63,994 nt of DNA, filler included, from Phoronis australis (GCA_002633005.1; 7 parts of 7 records of this genome joined end to end with filler, not necessarily neighbours in it), one strand, 5' to 3'. Positions 24,401 through 35,880 are shown, counted from the first letter of the whole stretch. Numbers and translations are program-made. Notes: generated by a model from the letters alone, not told the origin.

Positions 24401-27400
24401 GGTAGTTCACTCACGCGTTTCATAAACTTGCTGTTGGTTTACTCATAAGTATCGCACGTGTAGGCGCACTTACAAATACAGTTACAGGGAACAGACCTAA
24501 GTGCTCGCGCATATCAACATGACGTACCTCCGGCTTCTTGATAAAGACAACAATCCCGACTGCCAGTTGAGCTGCTATTATGATACTGAGGAAGGTCAAA
24601 TACTGAAATAAAGGAAATGAGTTTGACAACAAATTTCCGAAAAACTTTCACTGCAGCCAATGAAGAAACAAGTTCCGTTCGTGATTCCTATTTGTAGCCC
24701 TTATATTTGATCATATTGTCATTTTTCTTGTAATTCTTTCGAACTTGTGTGGACCCCCGCTAAACGTATTAAAATCTAATAGGCACGAATCTGTTATCAT
24801 TGCTGAAATTTCGTTTGATTAGTGTAATCCGTTTTGAGAATGCCGTAAGTCTATTAATTACTATCAGAGCCACATACTTACAATATTAAGCATAATCGGT
24901 TGTTCCTTTATTGCCCCGACAAAGCCGAGGAAGCCAATCAAAATAACGAAGCCTCCCGACGAGAGCAAAACGATGGTTGCTGCCTCAAGAGTAGGATCTT
25001 TGGGATCGATGGAGACTATTTCTCGCAACCAAGCAAGTTTTTCATCATTCATTAAGTAAATGGCGATTCCAAGAACCCCAGCGCCAGAGAGCTATAAATA
25101 AACTTTGTCATCAGCGTTGGTGCTCTCTACCGAAGCCCAATAGTGGCATTTTGACGTGAAGAAAATATTTAATTATCTGGCGGCCGCCACTTAATAATCA
25201 TTACAACAATTAATTAAAAGACTTCCGTAGTGTCACTTTCAAAGAAAGCCAAAGACGTTTGCTTATGGTTCCGTCGCGTTCTCTATGACATGCACGACTT
25301 CTCAAATCGACGAAATGCTGCTATTGGGACACCTTAGGCAATCTGTTCCAGGCGTCCAAATCAAAAATCAATGAATTTGCCACGGCGTCCAAGTATTTGA
25401 CAAAACAAATCCATTGCACAGACTATCGAATGAAGACCTCGAACAAAAACATTGCACTTGCGCAGAGACGCCCCCGAATACGTTTCTGTGTTGATGGAAG
25501 GTGGCACACCTCATCAGTCGATTCCGGCACTCACACTTACTGAATTGCGTTATGCGCCAGTTGAAGGAGACGCCCTTGTTGTCGCGAAAGCCCTTGACCG
25601 AGCAAGATGCTCCTGGGTATATTTGTCTCTAACCCTATAACGAAAATCATTAACTCCCGTCTGGGCAATCAAGGAAAAACGGCGGATAAACCGAAATTTC
25701 GCGGATTTGTCCGGCATTAAAAACAAAGCCTCTGGTTCCATGTCACGGTCACCGTCCGGATCTCCGTAGCCCCCCCCCCTCCACTTTCGCGAGAACTTTT
25801 CCCCATTTTTGAAATGGTTACCTACTGTGCAGTTAACATGTTTTGTACCCATTCGTCTTCTTTGTTTGTAGTGTGATAGATACATAGGCAGATCGTTTGT
25901 TCGGAGCTAGTTTATGGAAAAAGCAACCTTTTTCATGCCATTGTTAGTAAAAATACGGTTCTTTGATTACCCCAGACATAATTTTCAGTCACTTATGGCT
26001 TCTCGTAATTTAATTAATGAGTCGTGTCCTATTACGGAAGTGACGTTGAAGGGTTTGGAATTTCCCGCCATTTTGCTTCTTCGTTCGAGATCACAGTGAG
26101 GAACTGTTCTACCGCTGTTTTCGTGCTGTTTCCTAAAATTGTCTTCACCACTTCCCGTCTACGAGTATTTTACGACAAGCTAGGTTGTTACAGAACTCAA
26201 TTATGTTGGATTTGGGATCATTTAGTTTGTAGTAGCTTGAAAATGGCCACTCCTACCGCAGAGACGTGAGTGACGGAGACATTGTTCGAAGCAGTGGTGA
26301 CGAGAATTTTTTTCACGAACAGTCAGTGGATGGACATATGTTTAGCCCGAGTATAGTGAAGCAGAATACGCACTCCCACTGGATGGTGACCTGAACACCC
26401 AAGCAGCTTACATCGGCCTCCTTGTGACTCTCTTTGTCGCAACACAGCTGGACGTTCTAAATAGCATGGCCAATACTTTAGTCAAGTCCACAATAAACTT
26501 ATCAAAGTTTGGGTCACCGGCCTGTTCACTGGACGATGAAATGTCCTCACTGGGTGACGAACTGGGCCTGTAATTCTCTACCACTACTCAACATCGCTGC
26601 AGGGCTGCTCACAGGCTCTGGCGGGCTGAAGACAACACCAGCACAGGGCGAATCACTTCTAATTCCCGAAATTGCACGTGTGACATTATCTGAAGGGCCT
26701 CGAGTCACAGTAGAGGCCACAGCTAGTGAGGCTTCTCGATTTAAAGGCGAAGGCAAACTTTTTCATGTCACTTTTAGCAAAAATAAGGTTCATTGATTAT
26801 CCCAGACACATTTTTAACTTAATTACAGCTTTTCGTACTTTGATTAATTTCTCGTCTTCTACTCCGGAAGTGTTTTGGGAGGCAAGAGTTTCGCGCCAAT
26901 TTCTTTTCATTATAGTCTGACTTTGAGAGCTGTCGAGTCAGTCATTGTTCAACCTCGATTGTGATACTCTCGGTCGTCGTTTGCTTTTGTTTACAAGTCA
27001 GTCAACGTGCCACGCTGTTGCTGCGTGCCGGGATGTACTCATTGTCGTCTCACACGCGCTTTGGGTACCTTGCGTCGCTTTCCGAAGGATGACAAACTTC
27101 GCCGTACTTGACTAGCTCGTTCATGTGAAGAACGCAGCGCTACCCGTCCACGCAACGTACAAAGCAATGGAGGGTTACCGAGGGTGGCAAGCATTTTCTG
27201 CCGTCAGATTAGGACAGAGATATGTATGCTGAATTGATGAAGGTCCCTGCAAAACAACGCCTGAAGAAGGGTACCATACCGTCGCTGTTGATTCCCGGCA
27301 GTGCCCTGTCGCCAACCCCGAGAAGTGCGTTTTTGAAGCGAGAAGCCTCGCGAGCTGTGGCCTCTATATACAGTGACTGGAGGCACTTCATCAACTGTCA

Positions 27401-30231
27401 CCCTTGCCTCCAAACGTACCCCATTGCGTGCAATTCCGGGAACTAGCAGTGATTTGCCTGTGCTGTTGTCTCTAGCCCAGAGCCTGTACTGAGCAGCCCT
27501 GCAGCGATGTTGAGTAGTGGGAGTGAATACAGGCCCAGTTCGACACCCAGTGAAGAGGACAGTTCGTCATCCAATGAACAGATCGGTGAGCCTAAGTTTG
27601 ATAAGTTTATTGTGAACTTATATTGGAGCTATTTAGAAGGTGCCAGGTGTGTGGCGAGGGAGTCACACGGCGGGATGTAAGCAGTTTGGGTGCTCAGATC
27701 ACCCTCCAGTGGGAGTGTGTCGTGGGACACTCGGGCAAGTGGGACAGTTCTTCCTCTGTACGTGGGACGATAATGAGTACACCCCAGTACGCAGCAACAG
27801 CGTGGCATGTTGACTGACTCGTAAGCAAAACCAAACGACGGCCGAACTTATCACAACCGAGGTAGAACAATGGCTGACTCGACTGCTCTCACAGTAAGAC
27901 TAAATGAAAGGAAGTTGGCGCGAAATTCTTGCCTCCCAAAACGTCACTTCCGGAGTAGACGACGAGTAATTAATTAAATTACGAAAAGCATTAAATAAGT
28001 GAAAAATATGTCTCGGATAATCAACGAACCTCATTTTAGCTAAAAATGACATGAAAAAAGGTTGCCTTCGCCTTTAAAAATGCACTCACTTGGGTGTATA
28101 CGGAGCACTGCCGGGAATCGACAGCGACGATATGGCACCCTTCTTCAGGCGTTGTTTTGCAGGAACCTTCATCACTCCCGTGTACGCATCTCTTTCGTGA
28201 TCTGACGGCAGAAAATGCCACATACTCAGTAATTCTCCACTCCTTTGTACGTTGCATGGACGGGTAACACTATGTTCTTCACACTAATTTGACAAGTACA
28301 GCGGTGTGTGTCATCCATCGGAAAGCGATGTAATGACATACCCAAAGTGTGCGTGAGACAATAATCAGTATATCCCGGTGCGCAGCAACCGTGCAGCATG
28401 TTGACTGACTGGTAAACAAACGCAAACGACGACCCAACTTTTCTTACCGAGTTAAACAATGACTGACTCGACAACTCTATATAAAAACAAAATAGCGGGA
28501 AATTCTATACCCCTAAACGTCACTTTGGAATAGGGCGTGACTAATAAATTAAATTACGGGAAGCTGTAATTAACAGAAAAATATGTCTGGGATAATCAAA
28601 AAACCGTATTTTTACCAAAAACGAAAAAGTTGCTTTTTCCTTTAAGGGCTATAGTACAAAGGCTCGGAGACGCTTAAAGTCCTTGTCTCAAAATGCCAAT
28701 GTGGTTCCAGTATCCGAAAATACCTACTAAATAAAATCTTATTTTCGATACCCTTTCTTTATATTCTTTTCGCCTTTTGTGCCAGAAGCGATTTTTAACA
28801 GTATTTGCCCCTTCTCTGTGAGCGTGTAATTACCGGCTGTCATCGGTTATTTCCGTACCCACATATCCGGCTCGTCAGTTCAGGAACTTGTCCTGAACGC
28901 CGCAATTTTTTTCCTTGTAACTGAATGTGCTATCGCTTGCTCCAAAAGTCTTCATTATTTTGTTTTATTAGTAATATCTCGTGATTCGTTTGCATATGTA
29001 GTGTATTTATAATTTGTAGTTAGTGGTCGTTGAATTTTTTTGGAATGTGACGTGTACTTGTTATGTTAAAATAGCATTGGTGTTTAGTTCCTTACGTAGG
29101 GCTGTCGAACCTAGGAACTAATATGAGTCGAACCAATTTTTTTCGTTTTGATTTTTTTCGTATTGGAAAAGTACTTTGCTATCATCGAAAAGGTAGAGCA
29201 TTCTACTCAGTAAAAATCGAAAAGGTATCAAAATCGGGGCAAGCAGGGTAAAGTTATTGCAATTTTTGTGGCGAAATTTGGGTCACTTTGTTTGGATCGC
29301 GTCGGCCATCTTGGAGGACAGCGGGATAAGTTACGACCTTTGTGTAAATTGTTTACGCCAACAATTTACGGTGAAATTTAGTGAGACATAGTTTTACTTA
29401 CTATTCTGCACGATTCAACAGTTTTCACCAAATTTCAGCATCGCAGTTGTTACTTATTAAGTGATAAATGTGCCCACAATTCTCGTTGGACACCTGATAT
29501 TTGCCATTGACGGATCAAGTAGGTCTACTTACAGATTAAGGGCATCTACCAATTGACAATTTTCAAAAGCGCTACTCTTCGTCTTCGAAGTTTTCATCGA
29601 TCTTTTCGCAACATCATTTTATAGTTTGCGAATTGTCCCAAGAGCAATCCCGTGGGGCATACCCGGGCCCCGGAGCAACCCAGTTACAAGGTAATGGTAG
29701 CACGAGTTTTTTCTTTGATGAATATTTTTTGTGTCGCTTATTCGCTTATATTTTCCCATGCGAACGCGATGCAAATTTATAATCCCATTCATTTGCGTTC
29801 GGGTGGTCGACCTGGTCGATATCTTTGACGACGTCCTTATTTGAAGAGCACGCAGCTGTATACACTATGTACCTACCACGCCACGTCGCATATAGTGACG
29901 TAAAGTTCCCGTATCGAACACTAAATTTTGTTAATTACACAGCGGTAGCGGCAGGGCACGCACGCCAAAGTGGTGGGCCCAAGTTAGTGAGGTCGTTGAC
30001 GAAATCAACGTGGTCAGTCATCATGTCGCTATTGCTGAGTTCGTTTGCCGGCGTCGGGAAAAATCTGATCAAGTGATTGGAGATCGTTCAACTTCGTTCA
30101 AGCAATTGGTCCAATAAACTGTTTTCAATAACATGGAAAATGATTACCCAAAATAATAAATTCACAGAAACCAGGATTCCTTTCGCAACATTTGCAGTGC
30201 ATCCAGCCTTGTTTAACACTTCGACTGCCAT
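9207..30231 (-). CDS. Tetraspanin (6-Cys large extracellular loop), 7 coding exons, 321 aa; join(30148..30231,24882..25091,24528..24602,18983..19081,18134..18346,17507..17590,9207..9407)
   Basis: Manually spliced. All introns are GT..AG and phase 0, and the frame stays open. The protein has four TM segments, VNLLFW in TM1, GAIKE inner loop, WDYVQ, FQCCG, VPDTCC and GC before TM4, which are the canonical tetraspanin signatures and exon layout. Confidence 0.95.
9731..9842. repeat. 13-bp tandem repeat (acgatgcccgtcc), about 8.5 copies
   Basis: Directly visible; distal copies show C>T decay (atgatgcctgtct). Confidence 0.95.
11958..12078. repeat. 32-33-bp tandem repeat, about 3.5 copies
   Basis: Unit cagtcctgactgttacagctaccccttgtggt. 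Confidence 0.92.
12223..13256 (-). mobile_element. Non-autonomous element copy A (Crypton-like), inverted relative to copy B
   Basis: 12293-13256 is the reverse complement of 14790-16554 minus the nested insert, at high identity. Hairpin-rich ends; carries the FDGAVIKGGTFNIFV remnant. Confidence 0.75.
13515..14195 (+). mobile_element. Solo LTR (681 bp)
   Basis: TGTCA...TGACA termini, perfect 5-bp TSD gaagg (13510-13514 and 14196-14200), TATAAATA at 13792, AATAAA at 14090. Confidence 0.9.
14355..14734 (+). mobile_element. Penelope-like retroelement 3' fragment (GIY-YIG endonuclease remnant)
   Basis: Frameshifted translation KTDLIYQFSCP..RYVGYTTCTLSRR..HLQNGSIRDH..KIIEALILKTETPDINSQ; GIY-YIG pattern of PLEs. 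Confidence 0.85.
14790..16640 (+). mobile_element. Non-autonomous element copy B (Crypton-like) with nested insertion
   Basis: Homologous to copy A. ORF 16010..16213 ends FDGAVINGGTFNIFV, resembling the C-termini of DUF3504/Crypton-type recombinase proteins (recalled resemblance, not searched). Terminal imperfect hairpin with cgctacgctcg. Confidence 0.65.
15155..15964. mobile_element. About 810-bp non-autonomous element nested in copy B; second copy at 31645-32084 in opposite orientation
   Basis: Absent from copy A. Asymmetric subterminal inverted repeat ccaatgttcgtccgcc / ggcggacgaactttgg; inserted in a TA-rich site. Confidence 0.8.
17507..17590 (-). CDS. Tetraspanin exon 6 (GCFEEITTWTSNNIALMAGLGFGLSSLE)
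   Basis: cttatttcag| acceptor, |gtatgt donor, 84 nt; conserved GC and TM4 start ending in polar E. Confidence 0.94.
18134..18346 (-). CDS. Tetraspanin exon 5 (FQCCG...VPDTCC...RC...LNLK)
   Basis: ttttgcacctccag| acceptor, |gtgaac donor, 213 nt; CCG and PxxCC motifs; NGT sequon; inside ORF 17939..18358. Confidence 0.96.
18983..19081 (-). CDS. Tetraspanin exon 4 (FTDILKTSLKGTVKNKVGEGFLFTAPWDYVQEK)
   Basis: ttttgttcaacag| acceptor, |gtaagc donor, 99 nt; WDxxQ motif. Confidence 0.93.
19124..19415. repeat. 15-bp minisatellite (ttgtccatgggccta), about 19 copies, in intron 3 about 45 bp from the exon 4 acceptor
   Basis: Directly visible; explains the HGPIV, MGLLS and CPWAY ORFs. Confidence 0.97.
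20200..20845 (+). repeat. About 80-bp direct repeats (20200-20280 and 20763-20845) with GAC/GAT-rich tail flanking the palindrome
   Basis: gagcgacacttggcgaaatt..gaaaagacgacga..gacgaagatgacgaatatg occurs twice. Confidence 0.85.
20391..20696. repeat. 306-bp near-perfect palindrome
   Basis: About 151-bp arms, one arm mismatch, centre tttttgcgtaaaaa; the same ORF is called on both strands. Confidence 0.97.
20951..21785. mobile_element. Possible Helentron/HINE-like non-autonomous element
   Basis: Ends in stem-loop ggaattcgaagaattcc followed by aagtaacaa; internal text resembles such families (pattern recognition only). Confidence 0.35.
21781..22762. repeat. Inverted pair of a diverged 240-bp repeat (21781-22030 minus, 22518-22762 plus) containing a hammerhead-like core
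   Basis: ttgaatgagcagctc..taggcttgtgggtttc..gcctgatgatgagac..gtctcgaaat is present in both orientations. Confidence 0.8.
22206..22372. mobile_element. Short hAT-like MITE (CAGGGGCGGATCC...TTCGCCAGTG); similar GC-rich short MITE at 38639-38782
   Basis: Imperfect TIRs with G-run and C-run subterminal tracts; no clear TSD. Confidence 0.5.
23250..24370 (-). mobile_element. Internally deleted Penelope-like retroelement (RT and GIY-YIG pseudogene)
   Basis: Broken frames give GYPLRPIISQVLTPTY, ASLDVESL, LYLQTNGVSMGSPLGPTF and YVGYTTCTLSRR; the YxDD region is deleted; 3' part is highly similar to 14355-14660. Confidence 0.9.
24528..24602 (-). CDS. Tetraspanin exon 3 (TM3; YLTFLSIIIAAQLAVGIVVFIKKPE)
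   Basis: tttatttcag| acceptor, |gtacgt donor, 75 nt; hydrophobic helix with polar Q. Confidence 0.95.
24882..25091 (-). CDS. Tetraspanin exon 2 (TM1 end, small loop, TM2; LSGAGVLGIAIYL...GFVGAIKEQPIMLNI)
   Basis: tttatttatag| acceptor, |gtaagt donor, 210 nt; overlaps ORF 24864..25052. Confidence 0.95.
25915..28641 (-). mobile_element. Kolobok-like non-autonomous DNA transposon (outer) with THAP remnant on minus strand and KolX-like N-terminus on plus strand
   Basis: About 160-bp imperfect TIRs (t)ggaaaaagcaac / gttgctttttcct; TTAA at right (28642-45) and ttta at left; MLHGCCAPG..SLHRFPMD; GHMF-PEYSEAE near 26335. Confidence 0.8.
26745..28073 (+). mobile_element. Kolobok-like element (inner) nested in a relative; degenerate THAP and transposase N-terminal zinc region
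   Basis: TTAA TSD at 26741-44 and 28074-77; AGGCGAAGGCAA termini; about 290-bp TIRs; PRCCCVPGC..FPKD..KHF..LKKGTIPSL then LELFRRCQVCG..CVVGHSGKWDS. Confidence 0.88.
30148..30231 (-). CDS. Tetraspanin exon 1 (MAVEVLNKAGCTANVAKGILVSVNLLFW)
   Basis: ATG at 30231; ends TGG|gtaatc; typical tetraspanin TM1 first half ending N-x-x-F-W. Confidence 0.92.
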
Positions 30232-30540
30232 GATTTTTCTTATAAACCTTGTCAATCAAGCCATAATTTCCATAGTACGCGTGCGAAATACGAACATGTA
30301 CTGGCTAGAGTTTTTCATGTTTTCTAAAACTGGAATAACGTGAAGCGTTCACAACTTACAATTACTGTGTAAACGTGTTTTAGTTGAGCACAAAAACGAA
30401 TCTCAAATGTGACGTGACGTAGGCCTATGCTATTTCTTCTTAAATGTTATAGCAGCAGGCTGCAGTATCGGTAGTTAGTAAACTAACCCTTCAACAAAGT
30501 TGCGAGTCCGTACAATGAAAGCGCAGAATTTAATGTCATA

Positions 30541-30660
30541 TATATAGATTATTACATGGCGAAGTCGTTATCCCCCGTTATCTAGAGCCCGAGTGGATTT
30601 TGGATAATTCTAAAAAATCCACGAGGACTCTAGATGAGAACATGTAATAATCTATTTATA
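30541..30660. repeat. Imperfect 120-bp hairpin, probably the terminus of a Crypton-like non-autonomous element
   Basis: tagattattacatg...catgtaataatcta outer stem and tctagag..gtggatttt / aaaatccac..ctctaga inner stem; shares catgtaataatc with copy B. Confidence 0.55.
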
Positions 30661-31202
30661 CCACATACTGAACAAGAAACATTGCAATGAATCAATCTAC
30701 CTTTCTCGACTCGCCGCGGTTTTGTAACTACTTTCTATGTCAGAGGCCCGGGGTCGGAGGTTGTGACCTTTTAAGAAAAGCCGAGCTATTTTTGTCAAAT
30801 AATGCTTTTACTCTAAACCAATAGAAAAATAAAACAAAATAGAAATAAAGTGAATCAATAAATTAAGGTTTAGCAACTGTAAAAGCTTACTACACTTTTC
30901 ATCACGATAGGCTTCGACCGGGAAAATATCGTCTGCTAAAACAGGTTACCACTAGTAACTGACAACAATGCTCAAGTCAAAGGATCCCCAAGTCACGATA
31001 CCCGCATTCAAATTGGAGATCGGTGAGTTACAAGTGAGAGACCACGAGAGAAAAATTTCACTGAACTAAAATATTGTTTTTATGGAAATTATGCGTCTTA
31101 TTCTTCATAGCGTGTAAATGTAGGTGCAATGCCCTTTGCTGAACATGCGATTGTTGCGCGTGCTCATTTATAAGTATTCTATTTTCACGTTCGATGACGT
31201 CA

Positions 31203-31277
31203 GCCGCTGAGTGGTGTAGTGGTAAAGTCGGCAACTCGAAACGCTTGAAGCCCGGGTTCGAATCCGGCCTCGGTTTC
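31203..31277 (+). mobile_element. tRNA-derived SINE head or tRNA pseudogene
   Basis: A box tggtgtagtgg, B box ggttcgaatcc, paired T arm; acceptor and anticodon stems do not pair well. Confidence 0.7.
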
Positions 31278-31644
31278 CCGCCAAGATGTTATCTCACTAG
31301 TGAGATAACTTAATGGGTTATTATACGGTTGTATCTCCCATTTGAGGCTNAACAACCAAACGCGCGCCAACCAAACAATGCCGGAATTCCGAGAAGATGA
31401 CAAGGTTGTGATTGACGAAAGAGATGTCACAATTTCACGTACTCCCAGTCGGAAGGACATGCAAACAACTTCTTAAACGGACTCATCTTCGGCTGCGAAT
31501 TCCACATCCACGTTCATTCAAAGGGAGGCGAGCCCCAACTCAAGAATCGCGGCGAGACTGCCTAGCTGTGCTGTCTCAATGTCAATTCAGTGCTCATGCG
31601 CGGGTAAGCCTTGCTGACATATTAATTTATAAAAAATTAAGTTT

Positions 31645-32084
31645 TATAGTCCGGATACCTATCGTCGTCAGGCTCCAAAGGTCGTCCGCCATCTTGTTTC
31701 GCGTGCAGCGCAACCACGCGGGACTTAGCGTTCCAATTTGGAGTGCTCGTCTGCACGCTAGGTACTAACCTCTCGGGAGAAACACGCATGGAAGAACTGA
31801 GACTAAAATTAGTGCATTTACCGACTGTTTTTTTAAGACCACTTAAAAACTTGTTGATTTTACTAATGCACTTTTTTGTTCATTTTCAGAAGATATTTTC
31901 GAAATTAAATTTTCTTCAGACGGAACAAAAAGCAACTCAGGGATTGTCTATGCAATGTATCTATTTGTCCGAGGCACTAACCGACACCTGTTAGGCCAAA
32001 GGAAAAAAGCAGCAGACAAATGGAACACGCTGGGTGCTTAACAGTTTCGACCCACGCCTTGGTCATCAAAACATTGTCCACTTG
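31645..32084. mobile_element. Copy of the 15155-15964 element, truncated by gap
   Basis: tatagtccggatacctat..gtccgccatcttgtttcgcgtgcagcgcaaccacgcgggac is the reverse complement of 15880-15965. Confidence 0.85.
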
Positions 32085-33602
32085 NNNNNNNNNNNNNNNN
32101 NNNNNNNNNNNNNNNNNNNNNNNNNNNNTTAATTAATTAANNNNNNNNNNNNNNNNNNNNNNNNNNNNNNNNNNNNNNNNNNNNTTTCTTAAGCTATTAT
32201 TCATGTCATGGAGTCTTTCTCTCCCTCTTCACAACTGACAAATATTTAGCGAAGTCACCATTAACGCATCGCAATCTAGAAATAATTGATGCGCATTATC
32301 TTAACAACTCTAAATTATGTGTATATTCCGAGATACTAGATATATGTTTGATAAAGGGAGATTTAATTGTACTTCTAAAATACTTGGGTGGAGGTACAAG
32401 AACAAACTTCTTTTAGTCTTAAGTTACTTTCACCAAATAGACTCCTGCAGGTCAGTCGGTTACTTACGGGCAAAATGGTACAAGATACCCAGTTAAAGGG
32501 CAAAATCGATAAGCAAATAATACAACTACTGTACAACCTCACCAACTACCAACAAAAATAACCACTAAAATTGCTCTTTTGCCATTTTTTCAAAGGCTTC
32601 TCAGATATTTGTGGATACCAACAACTTTTCAAAACTGTCCAATGGTAGTTGCAGATGAGAAAAATTAAACATGGAAAAGCATTAATCTGGAGCTTAAATA
32701 TCCTTTACGGAAAAAAAAGATAAAAACAAAATTTCTATTTATGGCCATATTGTGTCCTAACTTGATCAGTTTTTATCGTAGATATTTAGATTGCGATGTC
32801 AAAACTCATTTGATGCTCTAAATAAGAAACAGAAACATCTTTAAAAACTTCATGAAATAAAAAATACCCACATGCTAGTTAACCCTGTACCAGAGTCACG
32901 GCTCTAGCCAGCAAATAAAATCAAAACAACATCCCACATGCCTGGTTCATAAGACACCTAATGGACTGTGCAGCGCTCTGATGATCAAACCCTAAGGCAG
33001 AGAAGTACAGTAATGTGCAGGTTTTAATATTCCTAATATACCAATGATAGCCTTGACCAATGTGTTACAATACCACATGAGGTCACATCTCCATAAACTC
33101 AGACAAACATACAAAATAGACAGAGACAGTCACAATGAATCCATGACATGCTTTGTGTTGGCACATACCCACAGGGGATACACTGGTGAAGGTAAATACA
33201 CGGGTATTTACTTATCCTGCAAAGGGACCTTACAACCAACTTGTCTCACTAAACACCCTCCTTTAATATTCAACAATTTCTGTGTGAAAGACGCTTGTTC
33301 ATTGGCAGTATTCAGCTAAATGCCGAATCTTTTATATATTTCTGTTCTTCAATTTAACACCCTTGGCATCAATCAGGACGAAGAAAGTACTAGAAGCATA
33401 AACATACATTATGAAAACAAACAACGATGGTAAAATTTTTGCAAAGAATCCAGCAAGCCAAGATGGACCTAAAGCCAGCAAAACAAGTTTTGGGCCAAAC
33501 CACTCATCTACCAATAAGCTACTACAGTGGTCAGCCAAATCGTGTAACACTGCAACTGGAAGATTACTGACTTGAGGAATGTCCACTAATCCTGGTTAGG
33601 AG

Positions 33603-34072
33603 CAGGCCTTTATCCAGGATTTTGAAAATAGGGTGTCCAAAATGGGGTTCCCAATATTCCAGGGCATCCATGATTCCGATGCGTAACCCCCCACCCCCAG
33701 CAATACCCCCAAACACACAGATTTTTTTTACAAAAAAATGCATAGATGAAGGTTTTTACATCTAAGTTTATAAAACAGCCTTCTATTTTTCCAAAAAAAA
33801 ATTTTTAGACCAAGACTTTTGCAATGCTGTCAATCAAGTGTCAAAATAGCAACAATGCATATGCCTTGTATATACATTGTATATTTCTTCCTGCTTTGAA
33901 AAAAGAACCCCCACTGTAAGCCTTCAGAGGCTTCCTAGTATTCATTACAATGTGAGTCCAAACTTGAAAGGTTCCTATTAACAGTGGGCGTCCAAATGAT
34001 ACATTGGGTGTCCTTGTCATGGTGCCAGGGCGTCCAGATTAGTGCCAAGGACCTACACTGCATAAAGGCCTG
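33603..34072. mobile_element. hAT-type MITE (470 bp); diverged relative at about 49337-49722
   Basis: TIR caggcctttat / ataaaggcctg with perfect 8-bp TSD gttaggag (33595-33602, 34073-34080). Confidence 0.9.
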
Positions 34073-35459
34073 GTTAGGAGACAAGGAGTAGCTGCACAGA
34101 AAAAATGGCAATAGGTACATCACTAAGTTGCGAAACTGATTTTGTGTCCAGGCACCGAGCATGACACATGACACTTCCACTGAGGTGATGTCAGCAATAT
34201 TTTGAGGATGCTGACGGAAAATTTTACAAAATCTTGGTGCACGCATTTCATAGACTGCACTATTAGTCACCAAATAGTCAATGTCAGATGAGACCATAGG
34301 CCATGATGAGGCTTCAACTACAGTACGATGACAAATAAGTCAACTAAGAAAGAGATCAATGAATAATTACAATAATTATGTGTGATGGGCCAATGCTGAC
34401 TATAATAGAAAAATAATTGATAGTCAAATAGTTGACTACCTTCATCAAATATGGATTATGAACAGAGAAAATTCAATAGTTTCAGTGCCATTCCCGTACT
34501 GTACAAACTTTTGCTTTAACTGAAAGTTTCTTGAATAGATCAGCTACGTGTGAGACACGATGTTCTGAAGTTTTGCTAATTTTCAATTTTTTCTAATACT
34601 CTACATAACCTTAATCAAACCAAAAAAACACAGAAAAAACAGAAAAAAACACAGAAAAAAACACAGAAATGTAAATTTTTTAAAGCTAACCAATCTTTAG
34701 GAAGATATATCGCTTCGCTAAAATAGCACGTCCGCAACGATCATGTCTGCAAAGCAATTTTTTATGTAGTAACCATTTAAAAGTTTGAGTATTCAGGGCG
34801 CAATTTATCTTTTTGTTAAATTAAGTGTCACTGGAAATTACCAAAACTATCCCAGAGTTAACCAAAATGAGCAGGGAGAACAGACTACTGAGTTTGAAGT
34901 CAAACAAAAAAATCAGGTGATTTTGCATCATGTTCACAACAAAGTGACAGTTGCAATTAAGTTTTTCAATTATTTAGTGTACTCAATCTTCTGTTCTCTC
35001 AGCTAAGAAAGCAACTTATGACCCATTCACAACTACATCCTTTCTAGAATAGGTCTGTGTTAATGTTGCAAGAGTTCAAATGCCACGTCTGTAACAAAAC
35101 AAATACTGGGAAATTCGGCATTTGTAGAAAACATCGAAGTGAGTATCAACCCTAATTCCTAACGAACAGTGAAGTGTGCGAGACATCATCTTCCATCTTT
35201 CCATTTTGGTGGACAGCATCACTGATTGGAGCAGGTCTAATCAATACGAACATCATAAAGATGGACAACCATGCGGACATTACTCAATAATCAAGGCTAA
35301 TTATTGACTTAGTTTAATACATTATCAATAGCCCTTCATATCATCAGATTGAATAACACTTTCACCTGACCTTCAGCATCCTAATAGTCCAATCAACAAA
35401 ATTCAGCAACATACCAAAATACGACAGGGCCTCTTAGTCTGCCATATTTACCCACAATA

Positions 35460-35880
35460 GTCCGGTTTAGACATCAACTTTTGGCCCGGCGCAACTGACA
35501 TGGAGCAAATCTATCCGTGTCAAGTGGCCGTTTACACACACAACTTACTAACCGTGGCAAGTTGGAAATTAAAGGCTGGTGAGACTGGATAGCACATGCG
35601 CAAGTTTACAAATGACGAGAGTTACACAGACAAAGAACCCGTACGTAGTTCATTGCACAAGCGCAGTAGAGATGATCCTTTCCGCCTTACTCCAGTTTCG
35701 CGTTTAGACTTATAATTGACACGGCGCAAGATGTTTGGGCGCAAATTACTCTACCTCACTAACGGGTGGCAAAAATTTGTCACCGCGTGTCAATTTGCAC
35801 CATGTCAGTCCGTTTACACATTGGAACAACATGTTCCATGTCAGCTGATCCGTATCAACTTTGTAAGTGTAAACGCCACT
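35460..35880. mobile_element. PIF/Harbinger-like MITE; relative at about 53088-53490 in opposite orientation
   Basis: Imperfect TIRs with repeated gtttacac/gtttagac motifs; tttagacatcaacttttggcccggcgcaac is shared with the reverse complement of 53455-53484. Confidence 0.65.

Noticed and set aside
31203-31277. Functional tRNA gene
   Set aside because: Good A and B boxes but acceptor and anticodon stems fail to pair; treated as a SINE head or pseudogene.
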